NCBI GenBank assembly: GCA_035289625.1
Contig: DATDWP010000028.1
Span: 9,840-73,839 of the forward strand
Direction: 5' to 3'
Source: an archaeon
GTDB lineage: Archaea; Iainarchaeota; Iainarchaeia; Iainarchaeales; Iainarchaeaceae
Length of the DNA stretch: 64,000 nt
Part shown: piece by piece, positions 10,604 to 20,655 of the stretch
Numbering within the stretch: position 1 is the first letter of the stretch
Layout of the letters: each line of letters begins with the position of its first letter
Notes under the pieces: model-generated
Told to the model about the DNA's origin: nothing
Database searches by the model: none
What the model saw: only the letters and a program-made list of their open reading frames with translations
Made by a program: the position numbers and the translations under genes

Positions 10604-10969
10604 TTAATTAATTCTCTGCTCAAACCACTCGACTTTTTTTTGCTCAACTAGCTCTTTAATTCTGCGCTGCTTTTGCGATAAGGTTGAAGAGGCGGCTTTG
10701 AACTCTGCAAAAACAATCCTATCATCCTCAAATGCTACTCCGTCAATTGGGCTCCCCAAAAACCTGAAATTTTCTGAAGTGAAAGGGAAACCCTTTGTAA
10801 ATGGTATGAACTGCTCTGTCATCTTTCCATATTTAACTGATTGGGAGGATTTTGAGAACTGCACATTTGCAACAAGGCGCTCAAGAGAAGAAATGCGCAA
10901 GAGCAAAAAAACCACCAAAATAAGTAGGCCTAAAGCAATTGCTGCAAAAAAAAGAACCAAAAAATCCAT
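10604..10969 (-). CDS. membrane-anchored PD-(D/E)xK nuclease-like protein
   Basis: TM helix then PIDGVAFEDDRIVFAEFKA (D...ExK core); start moved to internal Met to avoid divergent overlap with elp3. Confidence 0.35.
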   Translation of the reverse strand: MDFLVLFFAAIALGLLILVVFLLLRISSLERLVANVQFSKSSQSVKYGKMTEQFIPFTKGFPFTSENFRFLGSPIDGVAFEDDRIVFAEFKAASSTLSQKQRRIKELVEQKKVEWFEQRIN

Positions 10970-11053
10970 GGAAGAGAAATGGTCAAGGGAGTTAAAATAA
11001 TAACCGCACACCCCCAAAAGGGCATTAAAGCCTTTTGATAGCAGCTTTTTGGT

Positions 11054-12763
11054 ATGGAGAGCAAAATAGCCAAGTTTTATGAAAAAGTGATAGGCGCAAT
11101 AGAGAGCGGCACTGTCACAAATAAAGAACAACTTGGCAAATACAAGTTAAAGGCCGGAAAACAAATAGGCATTGCCACATTGCCTTCAAACCCCAATATA
11201 TTGATGCACGCAAAAACCCCATCCGAACAGATGGTGCAACTTCTCTCAATTAAGCCCCTTAGAACTCTCTCAGGAGTTGCCCCGGTTGCAATAATGACAA
11301 AACCGATAAGCTGCCCGCACGGAACATGCATATACTGCCCAGGAGGGCCTAAAAGTGTATTTGGCTCTGTGCCACAATCATATACCGGGCACGAACCTGC
11401 TACTATGCGCGCAATTTCAAATAACTACGATTCATACAAGCAGACAATGAATAGGATATGCCAATACTACGCAATAGGCCATAACCCCGAAAAATTAGAA
11501 CTCATAATAATGGGAGGGACATTCCCTAGCTTTCCACAAGAATATCAAAATGAATTTATTGGAGAAGCATTTAGGGCAGCAAATGATTTTTCCGAAATGT
11601 TTTTTGATATGCAAGGAAAATTTGAAGCAGAAAAATTCAGCGAATTCTTCACAAACAAAATGGGAAAAACCCCAGACCTTGCGCAAAACCAAAAACCCTA
11701 TACACTACTAGATGTGCAAAAAGAGCATTTGCGAAATGAAAAATCCCACGTGCGCATTGTAACACTTTGCATTGAAACAAAACCGGATTGGAGCTTTGAA
11801 AAAGAAATAAATTCAATGTTAGAACTCGGGGCAACACGCGTTGAAATAGGAGCGCAAAGCATCTATAATGAGGTGCTAAAATATACAAACCGCGGGCACA
11901 CAATTGAAGATACAATAAAAGTAACCCAACTTCTAAAAGATAGCGCCCTTAAAGTGACATACCACATAATGCCAGGCCAGCCTCAATCAAACCCACAAAA
12001 GGACATTGAAATGTTTTCTGAACTATTTGAAAATGAAAATTATTGCCCGGATGCTCTTAAAATTTACCCCTGCATGGTAATGCCTGGAACTGCACTTGCA
12101 AAATTATATGAAAACAAAAAATTCATACCCCTTACTACTGAACAAGCAGCAGAAATTATTGCACAAGGATTTAGATACATACCAGAATATGTAAGAGTGC
12201 ACAGGGTGCAACGGGACATACCCACAAAATACGCGCTTACCGGAATTGACAAGAACAATCTTCGCCAAATAATAGAAGAAAAAATGAAAGAGCACTCAAT
12301 AGTGCAGCGTGACATACGCTTTCGTGAGAGTGGAATAAAATCCCAAAAAGGAATTTTTACGGATTATTCTAGTGTTGAACTAATCGAGAGAAGATACAAA
12401 GCAAGCGGATCAGAAGAAGTATTCATATCATTTGAAGATACTACAAATGACATCATACTCGGATTTTGCAGGCTACGAAAACCGAACAAACCGTTTAGGC
12501 AAGAATTCACCCCCACTACTGCTTGCATTCGCGAACTGCATGTATTTGGCTCTGAAGTCGGGATTGGAAAGCACAATCAGAGCAGCTCCCAACACAAAGG
12601 ATTTGGGAAAAAAATGGTGGAGCATGCTGAGGAAATTGCCCGCACAGAATTTGGCTACGATAAAATGCTTGTAATAAGCGGAGTTGGAGCGCGAGACTAC
12701 TACTCACGCAAACTAGGATACCAAAAGAGCGGAATTTACATGGCTAAAAATCTAAAAAATTAA
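11054..12763 (+). CDS. elp3: tRNA uridine(34) acetyltransferase Elp3 (radical SAM + GNAT)
   Basis: Radical-SAM Cys cluster CPHGTCIYCPGG and a C-terminal GNAT domain. Confidence 0.9.
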   Translation: MESKIAKFYEKVIGAIESGTVTNKEQLGKYKLKAGKQIGIATLPSNPNILMHAKTPSEQMVQLLSIKPLRTLSGVAPVAIMTKPISCPHGTCIYCPGGPKSVFGSVPQSYTGHEPATMRAISNNYDSYKQTMNRICQYYAIGHNPEKLELIIMGGTFPSFPQEYQNEFIGEAFRAANDFSEMFFDMQGKFEAEKFSEFFTNKMGKTPDLAQNQKPYTLLDVQKEHLRNEKSHVRIVTLCIETKPDWSFEKEINSMLELGATRVEIGAQSIYNEVLKYTNRGHTIEDTIKVTQLLKDSALKVTYHIMPGQPQSNPQKDIEMFSELFENENYCPDALKIYPCMVMPGTALAKLYENKKFIPLTTEQAAEIIAQGFRYIPEYVRVHRVQRDIPTKYALTGIDKNNLRQIIEEKMKEHSIVQRDIRFRESGIKSQKGIFTDYSSVELIERRYKASGSEEVFISFEDTTNDIILGFCRLRKPNKPFRQEFTPTTACIRELHVFGSEVGIGKHNQSSSQHKGFGKKMVEHAEEIARTEFGYDKMLVISGVGARDYYSRKLGYQKSGIYMAKNLKN

Positions 12764-13563
12764 GGCAGCACTAAACTAAAAAAAGAATCGAAGAGCTGGA
12801 ATGGAAGAAGCGAAAAAGTAAAAAATGGAAAACCCGAAAGCGGAGCTGCGAACTTTCCCTTAAGGGTTGGGCGCACATTCAATTCAGACGAGAAACTCTG
12901 CACTATTACATTCTCCTCTTGTGAAAATGCCCTAAAAGTAAAAGGCTGAACTCCCGACGTTTGCGGAGAGACCACAAGCTCAATATCCTCAACACTATTT
13001 GGCTTTAGAACAGCGCCTCTTGAAGAAAACCAATTACTTGGAAGAGAAGAGGAAACAGATACAGTTGCAGGGGCAATTGAAGAATTTGAAATCGTGACAT
13101 TATAAATTACCTTTGCCCCGACATAATAAAACTCATCTCGCGACTTTCTTACAAATGAAACATCAAGAAGATTCTTTTTTACAGCTACTTTAATTGTTGC
13201 AGATTCAACTATCCCTGAATTTTGCGAATTAGAAAATAGCACTTTTAGAGAATAAATATTACTCTGCGCCCCACTTGGAACCTTTATGCGCAAAACAAGA
13301 GAAGTATCAGTTCGCTCTTTTGCAACAACTTCCCAACCAGCAGGAATTGAAGGAGCAGCGATATCAATTGTGTCCCACTCAAATTCATATCCTGAATTGT
13401 CCGAAAAAATCAAATCAAAAGTCTGGCCCCCTGAGAGCTGGCCGGCAGTTATCGAGGCCCCATTTTGCATTGTAATTTCCTGCGGATATGTCATTGTAAT
13501 ATCAGCTAGGCAAATAGATGAAAAAAAGAGCAAAAATGCCCCAAAAAGCAACTTAGAGTGCAT
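12760..13563 (-). CDS. secreted hypothetical protein
   Basis: Signal-peptide-like MHSKLLFGAFLLFFSSICLA, beta-rich body, hydrophobic C-terminus. Confidence 0.4.
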   Translation of the reverse strand: MHSKLLFGAFLLFFSSICLADITMTYPQEITMQNGASITAGQLSGGQTFDLIFSDNSGYEFEWDTIDIAAPSIPAGWEVVAKERTDTSLVLRIKVPSGAQSNIYSLKVLFSNSQNSGIVESATIKVAVKKNLLDVSFVRKSRDEFYYVGAKVIYNVTISNSSIAPATVSVSSSLPSNWFSSRGAVLKPNSVEDIELVVSPQTSGVQPFTFRAFSQEENVIVQSFSSELNVRPTLKGKFAAPLSGFPFFTFSLLPFQLFDSFFSLVLP

Positions 13564-13603
13564 AAAATCTAATATGAAGTAAGACAGAAAGGTAGAAAAA
13601 CAA

Positions 13604-14233
13604 TTGGTTAAAGGCCTCTTAATAGGCGAAAAAATGCAAAAAACAGAGCAAGAAGGCAGATTTGAGATGATAAAGGCAAGGCATAAGGCCACATACCAAA
13701 CCGCCCTACTACAGGGAAAAGTTGACGAGCAGATGAGAGAACTCTGCTCATTTATAGCAGGCACAAAAGGATTTTACACCTCAAGCTGCTGTAGCGGAAG
13801 AATAATGCTACTGGAAAAGCGAGGGGAGAAGAAAAAAGAGAATTTTTTCCACCGCAAATGGCACCGAGAAATTACAAAAGAAGAACTCTTGGAAGGATTT
13901 AAAGAAAAAATAAAAGGGGAACTATGGTTTAAAGTCGAGCCATTTATCCTGCACATTGGCTGCAAAACACTAGAAGATGCAAACAAAATCCTTAGCGCAA
14001 TGAAAAAAGCAGGGGTTAAACGCGGCGGAATAATGATTGCACAAAAAGAAAAATTCCTAATAGAACTGCAAGGCACCGCATCGATTGGGCTCCCAATTAA
14101 AAAAGCAGAAAAAGAACTTGTAACCGAACAATACCTAACCCACTCAGTACTTGGAAAAGCCAACACTTTTATTAGCAACAACTACAAAAGGCTAAAAAAA
14201 CTCGAAGAAGAACTTAGCAAGGATTTGGAGTAG
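13604..14233 (+). CDS. taw3: tRNA wybutosine-synthesizing protein 3 (Taw3/TYW3)
   Basis: SSCCSGRI motif characteristic of TYW3. Confidence 0.65.
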   Translation: MVKGLLIGEKMQKTEQEGRFEMIKARHKATYQTALLQGKVDEQMRELCSFIAGTKGFYTSSCCSGRIMLLEKRGEKKKENFFHRKWHREITKEELLEGFKEKIKGELWFKVEPFILHIGCKTLEDANKILSAMKKAGVKRGGIMIAQKEKFLIELQGTASIGLPIKKAEKELVTEQYLTHSVLGKANTFISNNYKRLKKLEEELSKDLE

Positions 14234-14238
14234 AGAAA

Positions 14239-14772
14239 TTGAGATTATTTTTAGCAGTGCAGATCCCTTCTACAATAAAAGAGCAAATAAATAAACTATA
14301 TCTCAAAAACTTAAATTCTGCACAACTAAAAATTGTCCCTGCAAATAATTTACACATTACTCTTTGCTTTATCGGGCAAAAAAACAATAAAACCGCAAGA
14401 GAAATACTTGGAAAAATAGGAAAAATAGAATTCACTCCTTTCAAAATAAAATTATCCCAACCAGGACAATTTGAAAGAAGGGTTTTGTGGATCGGAATTT
14501 CTCAAGGAACAGAGCAATTGCATTCTCTGCATCAACAAATTTTACAAGCAACAGGAATTGAGAGCAAATTCAGTGCGCATATTACAATTGCAAGAAATAA
14601 AAATATGGAAAAAAAACAATTTTTAGAACTTGAACAGAGGATGAAAAATAGCACAGAACTTGAATTTGTTGCACAAAAAATTTCACTAATGCAATCAAAA
14701 CTAACTTCAAATGACCCTATTTATGAAGAATTAGAAGAGAGCACTTTTTCAAGAACAGATTCCGGCCTGTAG
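14239..14772 (+). CDS. thpR: RNA 2',3'-cyclic phosphodiesterase / 2'-5' RNA ligase (2H family)
   Basis: Two H-x-T-x motifs (LHITLCFIG and AHITIAR). Confidence 0.75.
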   Translation: MRLFLAVQIPSTIKEQINKLYLKNLNSAQLKIVPANNLHITLCFIGQKNNKTAREILGKIGKIEFTPFKIKLSQPGQFERRVLWIGISQGTEQLHSLHQQILQATGIESKFSAHITIARNKNMEKKQFLELEQRMKNSTELEFVAQKISLMQSKLTSNDPIYEELEESTFSRTDSGL

Positions 14773-16283
14773 TAGTACTGCTGAATGAGATTTTCAACAT
14801 CCGGGGCTGCAGAAATATTATTTTTTAGCATCCACTCCAAAACCTTTTGGCGAACATAAATTTCCCTTTCAATTTCTTTTTTTGGCTTGAGGGTTTTTGC
14901 GGCAAGAATATCAAGAACATTCATCGGAACATCTGTTCTTCTAATAGAATCGCTCCTTCTGTCCCACTCATACACATTACTCAAAAGCGCCTGGGATTCC
15001 ATCGAACTAACTTCAGTAACAGCCAAAACCCTTCTCTCAATCCCCTTGCCCTTTACATAAATCCTAAACTGCACCACAATTATATTGAGAAGAGGAATCA
15101 TTGATTCTGGAACGCTCATTGGTTCAGCCTTGAGGCGCAGCAGCATCTCTTTTGCTGAATTACTATGAAGCGTTCCCAAAATGCCCTTATGGCCAGTGTC
15201 CATTGCCAAAAACATTGTCTGGGCCTCCTCGCTACGCACTTCCCCCACAATGAGTCTGTCCGGCCTCATCCTCATGGCATTTTTCAAAAGATCATCCATA
15301 CTAACCCCCTCCTGGCCCTTCATTTTTGGCCGCGATTCCATCTGGATCCAATTCTCCCTCTTACCAAGCTGGATTTCAAGTGTATCTTCAATTGAAATAA
15401 TCCTCTCTGGTTGGCGGATAAAACCTGAAAGGGCATTTAGGGTTGTGGTCTTTCCGGAGCCAGACCCGCCACTAACAATAATGTTCATAGGTTCAATCCC
15501 CACACCTTCAACCATAACCCACATGAACGCCGCAAGCTCGCTTGAAAATGTACTATTTTTTATTAACTGGATAATACTCATCGGAACTGAACTAAATTTT
15601 CTAATAGTAAGGCTTGGGCCAAAAGGGGTAACAAAAGAAAAAGTCGCATTTGCACGATTGCCATCCGGCAATCTGGCATCTAGAAGGGGGCGATCAGCAT
15701 CAAATGTCTTCCCCACGCTCTTTGCAATTTTTTGCAAAATCAAATCTAAAGATTTTTTAGAGCTAAAAGCTATATTTGTCCTGCAGTGGCCATATTTTTT
15801 ATGGAAAACAAAAATATTGCGCTCATAACCATTTACCATTATCTCCTCAAGGCCCTCATCTTCAATAAACGGAGCAAGCACTCCATAACCAACAGAATCC
15901 GCAAGAGAAAGTGAAGCTACCAGCGGGAAATTTCGCATCTTTGGAAAATACTCCTGCAAAATTGACATCAAGGCAAGCTTTGTGGAATTAAAATCATCAG
16001 TTGCCATCAGCGAATCGTGGAAATCGTTGTATGTAATCGGCTTTATTATGCGCTCGCGAAAATCAGCTAAGAATTTTTTTGGAAAAACCTTTGACATTGA
16101 CTGCTCTGCCTGTTCAAAACTAACCTTGCCCAAAATCAGCGAAACCAAAGCATCCTTTAGCTGCGCCTCCTCTTGCGAAAACTGAGGGTCCTTCACAGCA
16201 TATTGCGGATAAGGAAATCCTTCAGAAATGCTCACGCGGCCGTAAGATTCCAATACACTGCCCTTCTGGCCATCATTATCCAT
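14721..16283 (-). CDS. type II/IV secretion-family ATPase (FlaI/PilB-like pilus assembly ATPase)
   Basis: Walker A VSGGSGSGKTTTLNAL; RPDRLIVGEVRSEEA box; 520 aa. Confidence 0.8.
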   Translation of the reverse strand: MDNDGQKGSVLESYGRVSISEGFPYPQYAVKDPQFSQEEAQLKDALVSLILGKVSFEQAEQSMSKVFPKKFLADFRERIIKPITYNDFHDSLMATDDFNSTKLALMSILQEYFPKMRNFPLVASLSLADSVGYGVLAPFIEDEGLEEIMVNGYERNIFVFHKKYGHCRTNIAFSSKKSLDLILQKIAKSVGKTFDADRPLLDARLPDGNRANATFSFVTPFGPSLTIRKFSSVPMSIIQLIKNSTFSSELAAFMWVMVEGVGIEPMNIIVSGGSGSGKTTTLNALSGFIRQPERIISIEDTLEIQLGKRENWIQMESRPKMKGQEGVSMDDLLKNAMRMRPDRLIVGEVRSEEAQTMFLAMDTGHKGILGTLHSNSAKEMLLRLKAEPMSVPESMIPLLNIIVVQFRIYVKGKGIERRVLAVTEVSSMESQALLSNVYEWDRRSDSIRRTDVPMNVLDILAAKTLKPKKEIEREIYVRQKVLEWMLKNNISAAPDVENLIQQYYYRPESVLEKVLSSNSS

Positions 16284-16353
16284 TTTTCTCCCCTACAAAT
16301 AGCTATTTATTATACAATATTTTACTATATAAACACCAAGGATAGTGGACTAA
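16284..16353. promoter_or_regulatory. divergent AT-rich promoter region with TATA-like boxes
   Basis: tttattatacaatattttactatataaacacc between the divergent ATPase and cca genes. Confidence 0.4.
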
Positions 16354-17733
16354 ATGGAAAAGATACTAAAAACGGTTTTGAAAAAAATTACACCTACGCA
16401 AAAGGAAATTTCCGAGCAAAAAAAATTCGCGCAGCTCATAATATCGCGCATAATGAAAATTCCAGGAAAACACCAAAAAGCTGAACTTGTAGGAAGCATT
16501 GGAAGAAGCACACACCTTGCAGGGGATAATGATATTGACATATTTGTATTCTTCCCAGAAGAGCTAAGCCGCGAAGAATTTGAAAAAGAGGGAATTCGCA
16601 TCGGAAAAGCAATCTTTAAAGGCGAGAATTGGGAAACAGCCTACTCCGAACACCCCTACATACGCGGAACAATCGGAAAATACGATGTTGAAATAGTACC
16701 GGCGTACAATGTGCTTGACCCAAAAAACATGAAAAGCGCAGTTGATAGAAGCCCCTTCCACAACCAATACATTATATCGCAAATGATCAGTGGGCAAGAG
16801 CAGCAAGTTAGATTACTAAAGCAATTTATGAAAGGAATAAAATGCTACGGAGCAGACCTTAGTTCAAACGGCTTTCCCGGCTATGTTGCCGAAATACTAA
16901 TACTAAAATATGGGAATTTTGAAAAGTGCATCCAAGAGGCAGCGCAGTGGAAAGAGAAGCAAGTAGTCGATCTTGCAAATTACTACACAAAAGAAGGAGC
17001 AGAACATAAATTCAACACGCATTTTGTAGTAGTTGACCCTGTTGATAAAAATAGAAACGTGGCAGCAGCGCTCTCTCTAAACCAATACGCGCGCTTTATT
17101 GCCGCGGCAAGAGCCTTTTTGGAAAAACCTTCATTCAATTTCTTTTTCCCAAAAAATCACAAACCATGGAGCACAGCTGCCCTTAAAAAATTCCTCAAAA
17201 AAACCGAACTTACTGCAATACATCTTGGCTATCCCAAAGGCGCAGTTGAAGATGTGATGTGGGGAAGCTTGCGAAGGCTTGGCGCAAAAATTGCAACACA
17301 AACACAGGGAGCCGGTTTTATTGTAAAGCGCAGCTCACAATGGCTCGAACACCCAAAACACATGGCAATAATTTTAGAACTCGAATCAACAAAACTAAAT
17401 TCAGTCAAAGTAATAACCGGGCCATCTGTAATGGATTCAAATAACTCTATGAGCTTTATCAAATCCCATCCACACCCACTATCAGGGCCGCGCATTGAAA
17501 ACGGGCGCTGGGTATTGGAAATTGAAAGGGAGCACACACAAATTTCACAGTTCCTCACACACCTTTTCAAAAAACTCAAAAAAGAAGAAAAAGAACTCAT
17601 CAAAAAAGCTATCTCGCAGCGCTTCCAAATACTTAACGAAAAATCAATAATAGGCCTATACAAAAAGAACAAGAACTTCTCCTCTTTTCTCACTGCATAC
17701 CTAAAAGGAAAAGAAGAGTTTTTGGAGCGCTAA
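16354..17733 (+). CDS. cca: archaeal CCA-adding enzyme (class I tRNA nucleotidyltransferase)
   Basis: GSIGRSTHLAGDNDIDIFVFFP nucleotidyltransferase motif; archaeal architecture. Confidence 0.9.
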   Translation: MEKILKTVLKKITPTQKEISEQKKFAQLIISRIMKIPGKHQKAELVGSIGRSTHLAGDNDIDIFVFFPEELSREEFEKEGIRIGKAIFKGENWETAYSEHPYIRGTIGKYDVEIVPAYNVLDPKNMKSAVDRSPFHNQYIISQMISGQEQQVRLLKQFMKGIKCYGADLSSNGFPGYVAEILILKYGNFEKCIQEAAQWKEKQVVDLANYYTKEGAEHKFNTHFVVVDPVDKNRNVAAALSLNQYARFIAAARAFLEKPSFNFFFPKNHKPWSTAALKKFLKKTELTAIHLGYPKGAVEDVMWGSLRRLGAKIATQTQGAGFIVKRSSQWLEHPKHMAIILELESTKLNSVKVITGPSVMDSNNSMSFIKSHPHPLSGPRIENGRWVLEIEREHTQISQFLTHLFKKLKKEEKELIKKAISQRFQILNEKSIIGLYKKNKNFSSFLTAYLKGKEEFLER

Positions 17734-17739
17734 ACCAAA

Positions 17740-18963
17740 GTGGGAATCATGAAGCAGCTAAAAAAAGAACCTGAAAAAGAAGAAAGTCTTACGAAGGAGA
17801 TATTTGTAGAGAAATTAAGTTCATTATTGGGTGCCAAAAAAGAGACCATCTCATTTGGAGTTGTTCGAAACAGCCTTTCACAGAAACAATTTCAAACTGC
17901 TATCTCATATTTTAATATTCTTTTTCCACACCCACAAATAACAGAAGGGTTCACCGGGGCAACTGATGATTTGTTGGATAAAGTTTTTTCCGCGGTCAAA
18001 AATCACAAACCAATTGACATGTACATGGCTTTTGGCGGACGTATTTCTGGCGAAGTTCCCCTCGGTATTTTAAAATATGTTTATTATACTGCGCAGGTTT
18101 CCGAGGAAGCTTCAAAATTATTCGGTAGACACCCAAAAACAACCATTCTTTTGACAAATTCCCATTACCTAAGTGAAATAATGGGGTTTCCTTTAGAGGA
18201 GGCAAAAAAAGCCGAGAGTTTTCAGAGGCACGTATTGGAAAAGGGATTGAATCGTATTTGCACGCGCATAGGTGTCCCGAATACGGCATTTCAAATTGTT
18301 TCTTATGACGAATTACGAAACACCCCAGAAGGACGCCGATTTGTCAAAGAATTTTTAGAAAATAAAAAAATTACGATTGGCAAAAGTGGTTTTGAATCCC
18401 TGGTTAATATGGCTAAAAAAGCCAAACAGGTCGATAGATTTGAAGCTGAACGTCTGGCCGAAAACTACGCTAAAGAACAAGTTGTTGAATCCAGCTTAAT
18501 TATGCATTTGTTCAAACCTGCTTTCAAAATAGTTGAACCAAGCGAAGAAATTTTTGACGTTGTCGAACGGCAAAATGGCTTGCCAGAAGTCACCAAGAGG
18601 CCTTCTATTGTACTAAGAGGCCAGCGGAAAAATGCAACAGATATTCACATTGTTGGGCCAGCATATCACCCACACGACAACCACCCGATTGACAATGTAA
18701 TAAAATACCGTGGCGGTGATATTTCAAGCTTTTTGGCAAAACACAAATTAGTGAGTAGAGGAGACTTAATACGGATGGCAGTGATGCACAAACACGCACC
18801 AAAGCATTTATTGGATACTATGCAAAATAATCCTAATATGACTTATGCCGGTTTGCGAAATACAGATAGAAGCGGCTTTAACAAAGTCCGAAATTTTGTC
18901 AAGGCTTCGCTCACTACATTCCACGAATCAAGAAAAAAACCAAGAAGAAGGGTGCGTCTTTGA
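17740..18963 (+). CDS. hypothetical His-rich protein
   Basis: No known motif; HIVGPAYHPHDNHP and HKHAPKH; CGN arginine codons atypical for this genome; stop overlaps TTG start of the next gene. Confidence 0.4.
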   Translation: MGIMKQLKKEPEKEESLTKEIFVEKLSSLLGAKKETISFGVVRNSLSQKQFQTAISYFNILFPHPQITEGFTGATDDLLDKVFSAVKNHKPIDMYMAFGGRISGEVPLGILKYVYYTAQVSEEASKLFGRHPKTTILLTNSHYLSEIMGFPLEEAKKAESFQRHVLEKGLNRICTRIGVPNTAFQIVSYDELRNTPEGRRFVKEFLENKKITIGKSGFESLVNMAKKAKQVDRFEAERLAENYAKEQVVESSLIMHLFKPAFKIVEPSEEIFDVVERQNGLPEVTKRPSIVLRGQRKNATDIHIVGPAYHPHDNHPIDNVIKYRGGDISSFLAKHKLVSRGDLIRMAVMHKHAPKHLLDTMQNNPNMTYAGLRNTDRSGFNKVRNFVKASLTTFHESRKKPRRRVRL

Positions 18964-19958
18964 AACGTAATCTTATAATTGCAGATTATTCGTCTCTTCA
19001 ATCGCCAGTCACAAAAGATATTTTGAAAATTTTAACAAATGTAAATATTTCGCAATACCCTGACCCACTCTATTCAAACCTAAAAAAATGCATTGCAAAA
19101 TATTGTGGAATAAGCTCAAATAATATAGCGGTAGGAAATGGCGCTGATGACTTGATACAGCTAATTACATCCGTTTTTGGAAAGCGAATTGTAATTCCAA
19201 CTCCGTGTTTCATTACATATTCACTTTCAGCCAAAACCCTTAGAAAAAAAATAAAATTCATAAACTGTATAAAAAAAGGCCGATTTAAGCTTCCAAAAAT
19301 TCGATTAAAAAAATATGATATTCTCTGGATCGCAAATCCAAACAATCCACTCGGAGAATATCTACCTATAGAGGAAATTTTATCCAAAATTTCAGGAAAT
19401 GGAATAACAATAATTGATGAAGCGTACATTGAATTTACCGGAAAGCAAAAAGTGAGCCCACATCTTTTGAAAAAATCGGGTTTGATAATTTTAAGAAGCT
19501 TTTCAAAAGGCTGGCCATTAGCCGGTCTTCGAGTAGGTTATGTTATATCAAACCCAGCAGTAATTCGACAACTCGAAAATCAGAGACTTTTATTTCCAGT
19601 TAATGCAGTGGCAAATACCTTGGTTCCGATTTTATTGGAAAAAAATAAATTATATCAAATAGAAAGGGAAATAGCAAGAAAAACTTCTCTTGATTTTGTG
19701 AAAATTTTTCAAAATAGCGGTCTTCGAACCAGTAACAGTGTAACAAACTTTTTTTGTGTACAATTCCAAAATACAATTCAAGCGGCTAGATTTTATAGAG
19801 AAATTTCAAAACAAGGCGTTCGTATATTACCCCCTAATGACAAGGAATTTGTAGGATTGCCTTCTAACTACCTTAGAATTTGCATCCCTAAAATAAAAAA
19901 TGTAAGCCGCATGAAAGCAGCTATTAAAAAAACACTTCAAACCTTGAAACATAGGTAA
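18960..19958 (+). CDS. class I/II PLP-dependent aminotransferase (HisC/CobD-like)
   Basis: NPNNPLGEY and SFSKGWPLAGLRVGY (PLP-binding Lys). Confidence 0.7.
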   Translation: MKRNLIIADYSSLQSPVTKDILKILTNVNISQYPDPLYSNLKKCIAKYCGISSNNIAVGNGADDLIQLITSVFGKRIVIPTPCFITYSLSAKTLRKKIKFINCIKKGRFKLPKIRLKKYDILWIANPNNPLGEYLPIEEILSKISGNGITIIDEAYIEFTGKQKVSPHLLKKSGLIILRSFSKGWPLAGLRVGYVISNPAVIRQLENQRLLFPVNAVANTLVPILLEKNKLYQIEREIARKTSLDFVKIFQNSGLRTSNSVTNFFCVQFQNTIQAARFYREISKQGVRILPPNDKEFVGLPSNYLRICIPKIKNVSRMKAAIKKTLQTLKHR

Positions 19959-20014
19959 GGTTTCATCCCAGGCAATAGTTACTTGTGGAATCCTTTTTAT
20001 CATCCAATCACTTT

Positions 20015-20090
20015 TGGCGGGCCCGGAGGGAGTCGAACCCTCAACCTTTCGCTTCGAAGGCGACTGCGCTATCCATTGCGCCACGAGCCC
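20015..20090 (-). tRNA. tRNA-Arg(TCG), CCA encoded
   Basis: Cloverleaf folded by hand from reverse complement GGGCTCGTGGCGCAATGGATAGCGCAGTCGCCTTCGAAGCGAAAGGTTGAGGGTTCGACTCCCTCCGGGCCCGCCA: 7-bp acceptor, D-arm, anticodon loop CTTCGAA, T-arm GAGGG/TTCGACT/CCCTC. Confidence 0.8.
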
Positions 20091-20487
20091 TTGGGTAGAA
20101 AGTATTGGGGTCAAGTTCATTATTTAATATCTCTTTTCTTTTGGCATAGGAAATATTTGTAGGGCAAAATCCAAATTTTTGCCAGATCTGATATCTAGAA
20201 ATTTGAGAATTGTTCATAAAACCTATATTCCGAATCCAGCTATTAAGGCTCGAATAACCTCTCAAATAGATGAGATACTTTATATGAGAATATGAATATG
20301 TTGGCTTTGCAACTAATTGAGTGCAATTAAACCCGGTTTTTTGTAGAATAGAAAATACACCATCTGAAAGTTGCTTAGAACAAACACCTAGCTTAATTAC
20401 AGGATAGGAGTGTTTTTTCTTATCCCCATGAACCTTTTTAAAGCTTCCCCACAAGAAAATAGTAGTAAACTTGGAAAGGCAAATTTT

Positions 20488-20640
20488 ATGAAAACATGCA
20501 TTACAACAAACAAGGTCGTAATAAATGACTTTATAGAATTCCACTGCCCGAGCTGCAATGAGCGAATAGTACGAAGCCTTGAAGCGCGCGCAAAGAGCTT
20601 ATCATATAAGTGCCCAACATGCAGCTTTAGCGGCCCATGA
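20488..20640 (+). CDS. Zn-ribbon RNA-binding protein (COG2888-like)
   Basis: HCPSCNERIV...YKCPTCSFSGP; C-terminal CPxCGFxGP-like signature; conserved position upstream of aEF-1beta. Confidence 0.6.
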   Translation: MKTCITTNKVVINDFIEFHCPSCNERIVRSLEARAKSLSYKCPTCSFSGP

Positions 20641-20655
20641 AGATATTTCTATTTT

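Noticed and set aside
15181-15828. 215-aa plus-strand ORF
   Set aside because: Antisense to the well-supported FlaI/PilB-like ATPase
20041-20544. 167-aa minus-strand ORF
   Set aside because: Its 3' part overlaps the tRNA-Arg gene and its body is antisense to the conserved Zn-ribbon/aEF-1beta upstream region; no motif; likely spurious
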